A stretch of DNA of 64,000 bases, from IMG/VR virus record IMGVR_UViG_3300009104_001210, positions 62,001 through 126,000 of that record, one strand, 5' to 3'. The notes beneath the pieces were generated by a model that was not told the DNA's origin, did not search any database, and was given only the letters and a program-made list of their open reading frames with translations. A program made the position numbers and the translations under genes. Of the stretch, positions 55,671 through 64,000 are shown piece by piece (position 1 is the first letter of the stretch; every line of letters begins with the position of its first letter).

Positions 55671-56305
55671 GTTTAGACGGTTATACCGTAGATCAAGTAC
55701 CTAGAAAATCCATTCAATCCTTTATAGAAAAGTATCATTATAGTCATAGTTGTAATGGTATACAAGGTTTAGAATGTTTTGCTTTGTTTAGACCAGGTAA
55801 ATTTAATATACCTGAAATGGTAGGTGCTATGATGTATGCTATACCATCAATGCCAAATACGGCTAAGAAGTATAATCCTATAAATCCCGATAGATGTGTA
55901 GAATTGAGAAGATTAGTTAACGTAGATGAGGCTCCCCCGAATAGTGAAAGTTTTTTTGTAGGAAAAACTATTAAATGGTTAAGACAAAATACAAATTATG
56001 AAGTTATAGTTTCCTTTGCAGATTTACACTATGGACATTCAGGAGTTATTTATAGAGCTAGTAATTTTGAATATGTCGGACAAACATCTCCAGGTAGAGT
56101 TTTAATGGTAGATGGTAAGGAATATCATAGTAGGTCTTTAAGTCAACCGATTAAACCATACAGTAGAGAAATTAGACGTAGGTGGGAAGCTAAAGATCCT
56201 AATATATTTTTTGTAAACAGAAAGTGTAAAAATATTTATGTTTATTATTTGAACAAAGGTATTAAGAAGAAGATAAAAAGAATAGAAGCTAATGAAAAGA
56301 ATTAG
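55667..56305 (+). CDS. Mom-like (GNAT-fold) DNA adenine modification protein, copy 2
   Basis: FIEKYHYSH, VGAMMYA, VELRRLV, SESFFVGKTIKWL, IVSFADLHYGHSGVIYRASNFEYVG. Confidence 0.78.
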   Translation: MSLDGYTVDQVPRKSIQSFIEKYHYSHSCNGIQGLECFALFRPGKFNIPEMVGAMMYAIPSMPNTAKKYNPINPDRCVELRRLVNVDEAPPNSESFFVGKTIKWLRQNTNYEVIVSFADLHYGHSGVIYRASNFEYVGQTSPGRVLMVDGKEYHSRSLSQPIKPYSREIRRRWEAKDPNIFFVNRKCKNIYVYYLNKGIKKKIKRIEANEKN

Positions 56306-57155
56306 TTATAGTCAATACAGCCAATGGGCTGTGTGTCCTCATAAATGGAAATTAAATTATATAGATGAATTGAGGACATTTAAGGGTAATATACATACGT
56401 TGTTTGGTTCTGCTATGCATGATGTATTACAGACTTATTTAACTATAATGTATAATGATACAATTAAGAAAGCTGATTCATTACCATTAGCAGATATGTT
56501 ACTACATCGAATGAAACATTACTACAAAGAAATAGTAAAAGATTTACATGGTGAGGAAATATCAAGTCAAGAAGAAATGCAAGAATTTTATGTACATGGT
56601 ATGGCTATAATAGAATGGTTTGTTAAGAAAAGAGGAATGTATTTTAATAAAAAAGGATATGAGTTAATAGGCATTGAAGTTCCTATTGAATATAAATTAC
56701 CGAATGATATTGAGTTTGTTGGATATATAGATGTTCTTTTATACGATACTGTAAGAGATAAGTATAAAATCATAGATATCAAGACTTCCACAATGGGTTG
56801 GAATAAGTGGGCTAAAGCAGATAAGACTAAGACAGATCAATTATTATTATATAAACAGTTCTATGGTGCTCAACATGATATACCATTGGATAAGATTGAG
56901 ATAGAGTATTTTATTGTAAAACGTAAACTATATGAGAAAGTAGATTTCCCTCAACGTAGAGTACAAACTTTTGTACCTGCAAATGGAACACCAAGTCTTA
57001 ATAAAGTTACACGTAATGTTAAATCTTTTATTGATGAATGTTTTATTGGTGGAGAATACAACCAATCACATATTTATAGAAAAGAAGCATCAAAGAAAAA
57101 TTGTAGATTCTGTGAGTTTAATCAAACTGAATATTGTGATGCAGGAGTCAAATAA
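56292..57155 (+). CDS. PD-(D/E)XK nuclease (RecB/Cas4-like)
   Basis: ISYSQ...CP, GSAMH, FVGYIDV, IIDIKTS, QLLLY, CRFCEF...C. Confidence 0.85.
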   Translation: MKRISYSQYSQWAVCPHKWKLNYIDELRTFKGNIHTLFGSAMHDVLQTYLTIMYNDTIKKADSLPLADMLLHRMKHYYKEIVKDLHGEEISSQEEMQEFYVHGMAIIEWFVKKRGMYFNKKGYELIGIEVPIEYKLPNDIEFVGYIDVLLYDTVRDKYKIIDIKTSTMGWNKWAKADKTKTDQLLLYKQFYGAQHDIPLDKIEIEYFIVKRKLYEKVDFPQRRVQTFVPANGTPSLNKVTRNVKSFIDECFIGGEYNQSHIYRKEASKKNCRFCEFNQTEYCDAGVK

Positions 57156-57157
57156 AT

Positions 57158-57613
57158 ATGTACAATAGATATAATGTAGGTTTAAGATTACCATTACATT
57201 CTTTTATAGGAGCTGATTGTGAATCAGAAATAATTGCAAAAATAGAAGATTCTTATACAAAAATACCAGTGAATTGGGAATTACATATGTGGTTTGATGA
57301 TAATCAAGTAACATACAAAGAAGTATCAGAATTTACAAAGAAACACGAAGATAGTTTTAAATACAGAACATTTATAAAAGCAAAAGATGCTTGTCAAAAT
57401 CCAAATTATTATGTTCAGTTTGAGGTAGAAGATATAAATAATCCTATGATAGATAAGTCAAATCAATGTACATCAAATCACAGATTTAAATATAGTATAC
57501 TATCAGGTGGACAAATAATAAAGGGATTAGATAAGTTTATTGAAATAAGTAATTTTATTCTCACAGTAAATGAAAGGACTAGTTATAAACCAAGAAAGAA
57601 ATATGAACGTTAA
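57158..57613 (+). CDS. Hypothetical protein
   Basis: 151 aa intact ORF in the operon. Confidence 0.55.
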   Translation: MYNRYNVGLRLPLHSFIGADCESEIIAKIEDSYTKIPVNWELHMWFDDNQVTYKEVSEFTKKHEDSFKYRTFIKAKDACQNPNYYVQFEVEDINNPMIDKSNQCTSNHRFKYSILSGGQIIKGLDKFIEISNFILTVNERTSYKPRKKYER

Positions 57614-58010
57614 AATAGCAATTGTTGGATCAAGGGATTATACAAATAAATCAAAGATTAAAGATTTTATTTATAAATTAAAAGAGGAACATGGAAAATT
57701 AATAGAAATAGTTAGTGGTGGAGCAAAATATGGTGCGGATAAGTATGCAAGGAAATATGCATTGGAATTTAATATGAAATATACAGAGTTTCCACCATAT
57801 CACGAACCACATAACATATATTGCGTAGAAAATAGATTTAAGTATGATAAAAAGTATAATGTTAAACATTATTTTATAAGAAATGAGGAAATTGTAAAGT
57901 ATTCTGATGCAGTTATTGCATTTATTACTGATGGGGAAATGTCTTCAGGAACAAATAATACTATAGGTCATGCTAAAAGACATAAGAAAAAATATATACT
58001 AATTTCTTAG
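57603..58010 (+). CDS. SLOG-superfamily (YspA/DUF2493-like) protein
   Basis: KIAIVGSRDY, IVSGGAKYGADKYA, RNEEIVKYSD..IAF, SSGTNNTI; start set at ATG 57603. Confidence 0.8.
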   Translation: MNVKIAIVGSRDYTNKSKIKDFIYKLKEEHGKLIEIVSGGAKYGADKYARKYALEFNMKYTEFPPYHEPHNIYCVENRFKYDKKYNVKHYFIRNEEIVKYSDAVIAFITDGEMSSGTNNTIGHAKRHKKKYILIS

Positions 58011-58037
58011 TATATTCATATTTATATATATACATGA

Positions 58038-58244
58038 ATGGAGTTACTACATATGGAAAGTAAATTAACGTCGGTTAAAGTTCTTACCGATTTATATAAA
58101 AAATTCAAAACTAAGAGCATAGAGGATGAGTTTACACTTCAAAAATTGGTAAATCGCTCAATGGACTTATATTGTCATGATATGAGTTTTGAAAAAGTTA
58201 TCAATGAATATTCAAACTTAATACAAAGCGGCAGTAGATACTAA
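58038..58244 (+). CDS. Small ribbon-helix-helix-like putative regulator
   Basis: KLTSVKV (strand), LYKKFKTKS (helix), TLQKLVNRSMDLY (helix); first gene after an ATATTTAT motif. Confidence 0.5.
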   Translation: MELLHMESKLTSVKVLTDLYKKFKTKSIEDEFTLQKLVNRSMDLYCHDMSFEKVINEYSNLIQSGSRY

Positions 58245-59632
58245 TGCCAAAGAAGAAAATCCTCTTACTGTCAGATGACCTACGAATGTCTAGCGGGGTT
58301 GGAACAATGTCAAGAGAATTTGTCATGGGAACTATACATCATTACGATTGGGTACAGTTAGGTGGTGCTATAAAACATCCTGAAGAGGGCAAAGTTGTAG
58401 ACATGAATGAATCTGTTAGAGAAGAAACAGGTGTTGAAGATGCTAATCTTAAAATATTTCCTATCAATGGGTATGGTAATGAAGAGTTAATAAGACAATT
58501 AATGTTTCACGAACGACCCGATGCCATTTTGCATTATACCGATCCAAGATTTTGGCAGTGGTTATATCAAATGGAACATGAAATTAGACAAAATATACCT
58601 ATTTTTTATTATAATATATGGGATGATTTACCTTATCCATTTTATAATGAAAACTATTATGAATCTTGTGATTTGATTATGAACATATCTAGACAGACAG
58701 ATAATATTGTTAGGAATGTTTGTAGGAATAAACCAAGAACTGATTGGGATTGTACTTATGTTCCTCATGGTATAAATGAGAAATGGTTTCATCCTATAGA
58801 TAAAAGTCATGAAGACTATTCAAATTTACAAAAGTTTAGAAATCATATTTTTAATAATAAAGATTATAAATTTGTAGTTTTTTGGAACAACAGAAATATT
58901 CGTAGAAAATTGCCTGGTGATGTTGTTATGGCATTCAAGACATTATGTGAAATGGTAGGTGAAGAAAATCATAAACATTGTGCATTAATTATGCACACAT
59001 CACCTATAGATGATAATGGTACAGATTTACCTAAACTTATAGATCATTTATTACCTGCCAGTATAGGAGATAATATATATTTTTCACATGATAAGTTAGA
59101 TAATAAACAAATGAATTTTATGGTTAATGTAGCAGATGTAACAATTAATATAGCATCTAATGAGGGATTTGGATTAGGTACTTGCGAATCATTGATGGCA
59201 GGAACACCAATTGTTGTGAATGTTACAGGTGGATTACAAGATCAATGTGGGTTTAAAAAGGAAGATGGTTCGTATCTTACTGTAGACGATTATACAGATG
59301 AATTTCAATCAAATCATACAGGTCGTTATAAAGATCATGGTGAATGGGTAAAACCTATATGGCCCGCTTGTCGTTCACTACAAGGTTCACCACCTACACC
59401 ATATATTTTTGATGATAGACCAAAATTTGAAGAAGCAGGAGAAGCTTTGAAATATTGGTATGATATGACACCTGAGAAGAGAAAAGAATGTGGTTTAAAA
59501 GGTATGGAATATGTTAAACGTGAGGATATTGGTATGACGGCTGAACATATGAGTAACAGATTTATAAAAGATATGGATACTGCATTTGATAAATGGGAAC
59601 GACGTAAACGATACGCCATGTATAAGGTATAG
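58244..59632 (+). CDS. Glycosyltransferase, GT-B fold (GT4-like)
   Basis: ILLLSDDLRMSSGVG, YVPHGI, NRNIRRK, ASNEGFGLGTCESLMAGTP. Confidence 0.88.
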   Translation: MPKKKILLLSDDLRMSSGVGTMSREFVMGTIHHYDWVQLGGAIKHPEEGKVVDMNESVREETGVEDANLKIFPINGYGNEELIRQLMFHERPDAILHYTDPRFWQWLYQMEHEIRQNIPIFYYNIWDDLPYPFYNENYYESCDLIMNISRQTDNIVRNVCRNKPRTDWDCTYVPHGINEKWFHPIDKSHEDYSNLQKFRNHIFNNKDYKFVVFWNNRNIRRKLPGDVVMAFKTLCEMVGEENHKHCALIMHTSPIDDNGTDLPKLIDHLLPASIGDNIYFSHDKLDNKQMNFMVNVADVTINIASNEGFGLGTCESLMAGTPIVVNVTGGLQDQCGFKKEDGSYLTVDDYTDEFQSNHTGRYKDHGEWVKPIWPACRSLQGSPPTPYIFDDRPKFEEAGEALKYWYDMTPEKRKECGLKGMEYVKREDIGMTAEHMSNRFIKDMDTAFDKWERRKRYAMYKV

Positions 59633-59640
59633 GAGTTAGA

Positions 59641-60996
59641 ATGACAAAACCTTTTATTTTATTTCAAGCACCAGTAGCAACAAGAAGTGGTTATGGTGCA
59701 CATAGTAGAGATTTAGTTTTAGAGTTATTAAAAACTGATAAGTATGATATTAAAATAGCATCACTTCGTTGGGGAAATACACCAATGAATGCGTTAAATT
59801 CAAAGAATCCAGATGATAAGTTAATACTTGAGAATTTATTAGATACTCCTGAATTACCTAGACAACCAGATTTAGGTATTCAAGTAACAGTTCCAAATGA
59901 ATTTAATCCCATTGGTAAAAAGAATCTTGGAATTACTGCAGGTCTTGAATCAACTGCTATACCAAAACATTGGATAGATGGTTTTGATAGAATGGATTTA
60001 AATATTGTACCTTCTCAATTTGTAAAAAAAGTTTGTGAGTCAACGGAATATGAAGAAAATAGAGATGGAGAAACTACTCGTAAAGGTATAAAAATTCAGA
60101 AGCCAGTAGAAGTTTTATTTGAGGGTTACGATGAAAATGTTTATGGCAAAACCAATAAGTTCAGTCCAGAAATAGTAAAAGAGTTTAATAATATAAGAGA
60201 AAATTTTTGTTTTTTGTTTGTAGGGCATTGGTTACAAGGAAATATGGGTGAAGATAGAAAAGATGTTGGTATGTTAATTAAGACATTCTTAGAAACTTTT
60301 AAAAATAAAGGTAAAAAGAAGAGACCAGCACTAATTGTAAAAACAGGTGGTGCTACATTTTCAGTAATAGATAGAGAAGAAGTTCTTGATAAGATTAGGT
60401 CAATTAAAAAATCAGTTGATGCTAAGATAATGCCTAATATTTATTTTATACATGGAGATTTTGATGATGATGAGATGAATCAACTGTATAACCACCCTAA
60501 AGTAAAAGCACATATTACTTTTACACACGGTGAAGGATTTGGTCGTCCACTACTTGAGGCATCATTAAGTGGTAAACCTATTATATTTCCTAATTGGAGC
60601 GGTCATGTAGATTTCTTACCACCAAGTTTAAAGACGGCATTAAAGGGTAGTGTAATACAAACACCAAAAAGAGCATTTCCAAAGGAAATGTTTGTTGATG
60701 GTATGGGTTGGTATGGAATTGATTATAATAATGCAACTAATGTTATGAGAGATGTGTTTTTAAACTATAAAAAATATACACCAATATTTAATCAGTTAGC
60801 TAAGTCAAATAAAGCTAAGTTTACAAGAACTATAATGGGAAAGAAATTGGTAGAGATAGTTGATAGTATGGTTGGTGAAATTCCACAAGAAGTTAGTTTG
60901 AAGTTACCAAAATTGAAAAAGATTAGTGGTGGACAGACAGGTGCTATTAAACCACCACCACAAAGTATAAAATTACCTAAATTAAGGAAGATGTAA
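59641..60996 (+). CDS. Glycosyltransferase, GT-B fold (GT4-like)
   Basis: APVATRSGYGAHSR, FLFVGHW, THGEGFGRPLLEA, PNWSGHVDF. Confidence 0.88.
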   Translation: MTKPFILFQAPVATRSGYGAHSRDLVLELLKTDKYDIKIASLRWGNTPMNALNSKNPDDKLILENLLDTPELPRQPDLGIQVTVPNEFNPIGKKNLGITAGLESTAIPKHWIDGFDRMDLNIVPSQFVKKVCESTEYEENRDGETTRKGIKIQKPVEVLFEGYDENVYGKTNKFSPEIVKEFNNIRENFCFLFVGHWLQGNMGEDRKDVGMLIKTFLETFKNKGKKKRPALIVKTGGATFSVIDREEVLDKIRSIKKSVDAKIMPNIYFIHGDFDDDEMNQLYNHPKVKAHITFTHGEGFGRPLLEASLSGKPIIFPNWSGHVDFLPPSLKTALKGSVIQTPKRAFPKEMFVDGMGWYGIDYNNATNVMRDVFLNYKKYTPIFNQLAKSNKAKFTRTIMGKKLVEIVDSMVGEIPQEVSLKLPKLKKISGGQTGAIKPPPQSIKLPKLRKM

Positions 60997-61490
60997 TGGA
61001 AAGAGTAATAGTATGTTCTGTATGTAAAGATATGGATTCATGTTTTGAAGAGATACAAGATAATTTTAGTAGTTTTATGTGTTTTAATTGTGGTTTTATG
61101 AGTGATACGAGATATAGAGCAGGTAGTGTTGAGTTATTGGATAATTTAAACAAGAGTCCACAATTGATACAAGATTTGCAGTATCATGATGAACAAAAAG
61201 ATATAGTTTGGTTTCCTTGTGTTATTAATATGGGAGAATTAGGAGTAATTTATCCCGATGAAGACCTACAAGAGAAAGCTGCGTTTAGAGCTAAAGAAAA
61301 GAAAAGTTATGTTTGGAAATATGCTAAAGTTGTGGATGTTCCTGAAGATGAACGTGAGAAGTATAATAATTATGATAAGAGACTTGATGTAGAAAATGCA
61401 CAAGTCTATGATAAACATGAATTTTTAAACGCTTGTCAAGATATGGGTATAATTAAGGATTTGAAAGATGGCATTTCTACCCCGACATAG
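60996..61490 (+). CDS. Hypothetical protein with N-terminal Zn-ribbon
   Basis: CSVC...CFNCG. Confidence 0.65.
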   Translation: MERVIVCSVCKDMDSCFEEIQDNFSSFMCFNCGFMSDTRYRAGSVELLDNLNKSPQLIQDLQYHDEQKDIVWFPCVINMGELGVIYPDEDLQEKAAFRAKEKKSYVWKYAKVVDVPEDEREKYNNYDKRLDVENAQVYDKHEFLNACQDMGIIKDLKDGISTPT

Positions 61491-61956
61491 ATCAAGAATA
61501 CTGAATAGAGTTCCCGTTTCAAAAAGTACATTAAGAAATGGAACTATAATTGAGTTTCGTTATCAGAAAAAAGATGGTACAGGTGGTTTATATATGGCTA
61601 TTGTTTTGAGTGTGTGGCCACCCGCAGGTGGTATTACACAAAAAAAGGTTCACGCATTATCTTTAGATGAGGTTTCAGATAATAGATTAATGAGATTTGT
61701 TAAACAAATTGGAAGACCATCTTTGGATGAAGATGTTAGAACAAAAACTGAACAAGAAATAAGTAAGTTTATTTTACCAAAAGGTCGTTCAGCACCAAAA
61801 AGATTTTATAAAATAAAGTTAGATAAGATACCAGGCATGACAGCAGGAGCATATAGAACATTTCACTTAAAAAATATGAGTCAAATAAGACTTATAGATT
61901 ATGATTTTGAAAACGTTGTACCTGAAAGGTTTATGGGTCAAATAAGTGAAGATTAG
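61468..61956 (+). CDS. Hypothetical protein
   Basis: 162 aa, basic; overlaps both neighbours. Confidence 0.6.
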   Translation: MAFLPRHRSRILNRVPVSKSTLRNGTIIEFRYQKKDGTGGLYMAIVLSVWPPAGGITQKKVHALSLDEVSDNRLMRFVKQIGRPSLDEDVRTKTEQEISKFILPKGRSAPKRFYKIKLDKIPGMTAGAYRTFHLKNMSQIRLIDYDFENVVPERFMGQISED

Positions 61957-62593
61957 TTATGCAATTACAGTTTGTAATGAATTACAAGAGCTCAAAAAGT
62001 TAGTTACTTTTTTATTGGATCATAAGAGAAAAGATGATGAGATAGTTATAACTTATGATTCCAATAATGGTAATGAAGAAGTAGAGGATTATCTTAGATA
62101 TAATCATATTAATGCAGGTCCTTGTGAACCTGGCTATGATATTCAATTTGTTTGGGAAGGTTTTGAGTTTAAAGGAAACTTTTCAGATTTAAAAAATCAT
62201 ACGAAATCAATGTGTAGTGGAGATTATATATTTCATTTAGACGCAGATGAATATCCACATGAAATATTAATGGAACAATTACCAAGTATAATAGAAATGA
62301 ATGATGTAGATTTAATATGGGTGCCAAGAGTAAATACAGTAACAGGTATTAATGATGAATGGATACAAAAGTGGGGTTGGAGAGTTAGTGAAAAAGGTTG
62401 GGTAAATTATCCTGATTACCAAGCAAGAGTTTTTATAAATAAAGAGGATATTAAATGGAAAGGAAAAGTACATGAGGTTATAGGTGGATGTAAAACATAT
62501 GCACATTTACCACCACATGAAGAGTTATCATTATATCATCCTAAAACAATAGAGAAACAGATAAAACAGAATGAACTTTACCAAAGTTTATGA
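61946..62593 (+). CDS. Glycosyltransferase family 2 (GT-A)
   Basis: ISYAITVCNE, FSDLKN, YIFHLDADE, YPDYQAR, W.GKVHE. Confidence 0.88.
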   Translation: MKISYAITVCNELQELKKLVTFLLDHKRKDDEIVITYDSNNGNEEVEDYLRYNHINAGPCEPGYDIQFVWEGFEFKGNFSDLKNHTKSMCSGDYIFHLDADEYPHEILMEQLPSIIEMNDVDLIWVPRVNTVTGINDEWIQKWGWRVSEKGWVNYPDYQARVFINKEDIKWKGKVHEVIGGCKTYAHLPPHEELSLYHPKTIEKQIKQNELYQSL

Positions 62594-64000
62594 ATTTGAA
62601 TCTTTAATCGGAGATACTTATGGTGTTTTCAAATATGAAGATTTAGATTTTAATAGTTACAAACAAGTCAAACATAAAGATAGTCGTTGGGGAGAAGAAA
62701 ATCACAATAGAACTATCTATCAGACAGATGAATACTTTGTCAAAGTATGGGATGAAGATTATATCAGAGCAAACACATTACAAAGTGCATTCGCAAGTGG
62801 TTTTTATGACAGTACAATTGTACCAAATTTTGTTGGTATAATATATGATGAAAATGATATTTGTAGAGGTTATATAACTAAAGAATCTACACCATCAGAA
62901 GAACATTTTGAAGAACTTTTCAAAAGAATAAAATTAAAAACTATAAATACTAATTACTTTACTTACGATTTTTGTAAAAACCACACATATGAATTTGAAG
63001 GAAAGCCAACTCTAATAGATTTAGAAGGAATATATCATATAGACGAGTACACTAATCTAAATAAACATCACTACGAAACTTATCTTTCAGCTGGAAATTT
63101 TATAGAGGATAATACTTATAAAACATTTATTGAAAACTTATTGATTACAGTACCAATCAACTTAGAATATTTTCTGAATATGGAGTTACAACATGGTAGT
63201 GGTGGTAAAGAGATTATACATAATGACAAACAAATCAAAACTGTAAGAGAAGCTTTAGAATATTTTTCGAATAAGAATAATGTAAAAGAAACTGAAAAGA
63301 AAGTTAATAAAGAAAATCATCAATATTGGAATGGTATGTGGGCTGAATTTAGAAATGATGTTCAAGGTCATCACGAAAGAGGTTGGGTGAATATGACTAA
63401 AGAATATTATGATTCTTTAGAACCAATGACTGATGAAGAAATAAAGATAACTTTGATTGATGATCCTGTTAATTTTGATGGTGGATGGATAAAACATAGT
63501 TATCATAGAGCAGTTGCTATGATTGGTAGATTAATTAATGGTAAAAAATATATTCCATTTCATATGCTGAAGCATAAGATTTATGAAACAAAGACAGGTA
63601 ATAAAAATTGTATAGATACGGTAGATTATATAAATTATATTGAAATGATGGATGTAATGGGATTTCCAAGAGAAGAGTATGCAATTTGTAATAGTGCTAT
63701 CTTAGCAGTTATGGGTGTTGATGCAAGAAAAAATAAGAATGGTGATTTAGATTTAGTCTTCAGTAGTAAGTTAAGAAAACAAATTGAAGATGAGAATATA
63801 GAGTTACCAAAAGAGATACATCCATTTGGTAAAGATAGTGATAAGTTTAGATTCTTTGGTTGTAAGGATGATGATGATTTGGTATATAACTATAGTGTAA
63901 ACATTAATGGATATAATTTCGCAGAACCAAGATTCTATTTTAGTAGAATGCATATGTTAAAACCATCAGCACATAGAAGTTTAGAAGAGAATAGAAAGAT
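62571..64000 (+). CDS. Multidomain protein (kinase-like + ParB-like + nucleotidyltransferase-like), partial at the right edge
   Basis: Frame open from ATG 62571 (MNFTKVYEF) to the window end with no stop (476 codons); YDFCKNH..LIDLEG, KHSYHRA and ICNSAILAVMG..GDLDLV motifs; absent from the ORF track. Confidence 0.7.
   Translation, partial: MNFTKVYEFESLIGDTYGVFKYEDLDFNSYKQVKHKDSRWGEENHNRTIYQTDEYFVKVWDEDYIRANTLQSAFASGFYDSTIVPNFVGIIYDENDICRGYITKESTPSEEHFEELFKRIKLKTINTNYFTYDFCKNHTYEFEGKPTLIDLEGIYHIDEYTNLNKHHYETYLSAGNFIEDNTYKTFIENLLITVPINLEYFLNMELQHGSGGKEIIHNDKQIKTVREALEYFSNKNNVKETEKKVNKENHQYWNGMWAEFRNDVQGHHERGWVNMTKEYYDSLEPMTDEEIKITLIDDPVNFDGGWIKHSYHRAVAMIGRLINGKKYIPFHMLKHKIYETKTGNKNCIDTVDYINYIEMMDVMGFPREEYAICNSAILAVMGVDARKNKNGDLDLVFSSKLRKQIEDENIELPKEIHPFGKDSDKFRFFGCKDDDDLVYNYSVNINGYNFAEPRFYFSRMHMLKPSAHRSLEENRK

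Noticed and set aside
56292-57155. Cas4 as evidence of a CRISPR-Cas system
   Set aside because: Stand-alone RecB/Cas4-like nucleases are common in phage replication modules; no cas1/cas2 or array is present in the window.
1-64000. Stop-codon reassignment (TAG or TGA recoding, as in some large phages)
   Set aside because: Core genes are full length under the standard bacterial code, and TAA, TAG and TGA all end genes at sensible boundaries.
1-64000. tRNA or rRNA genes
   Set aside because: No intergenic gap shows a cloverleaf with T-loop consensus; the gaps are short and accounted for by promoters, terminators or small ORFs.

Overview
This 64 kb window is an AT-rich segment of a large T4-like (myovirus-type) tailed phage genome, and every credible gene lies on the + strand. 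The head module (about 1-8.6 kb) has a prohead protease, gp68-like core protein, putative internal head proteins, ribosomal protein bS21, scaffold and major capsid protein. The neck/tail/baseplate module (about 8.7-37.7 kb) has neck proteins, several Ser/Thr/Gly-rich fibres (one with a peptidase S74 chaperone), sheath, tube, chaperone, tape measure and baseplate proteins. The replication module (about 37.7-58 kb) has a family A-like polymerase, SSB, RecA/UvsX, 5'-3' exonuclease, DnaB, class II RNR, family B polymerase, clamp and clamp loader. It is interleaved with two Mom-like DNA-modification genes and a 2OG-Fe(II) oxygenase. A glycosyltransferase cluster (about 58-64 kb) ends in a truncated multidomain ORF. 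No tRNA, rRNA, CRISPR array, intein or transposase was seen. The most unusual signals are: (1) a head polyprotein whose modules are separated by an exact 15-nt repeat (GAATCCGTAAATGAA = ESVNE); (2) a probable +1 programmed frameshift in the tail chaperone; (3) a family B polymerase that appears to start at ATA; (4) paired Mom-like genes coupled to the clamp and clamp-loader genes; (5) a kinase-like/ParB-like/nucleotidyltransferase-like fusion; (6) a recurring intergenic ATATTTAT motif. All assignments come from motif recognition by eye; no database searches were run.
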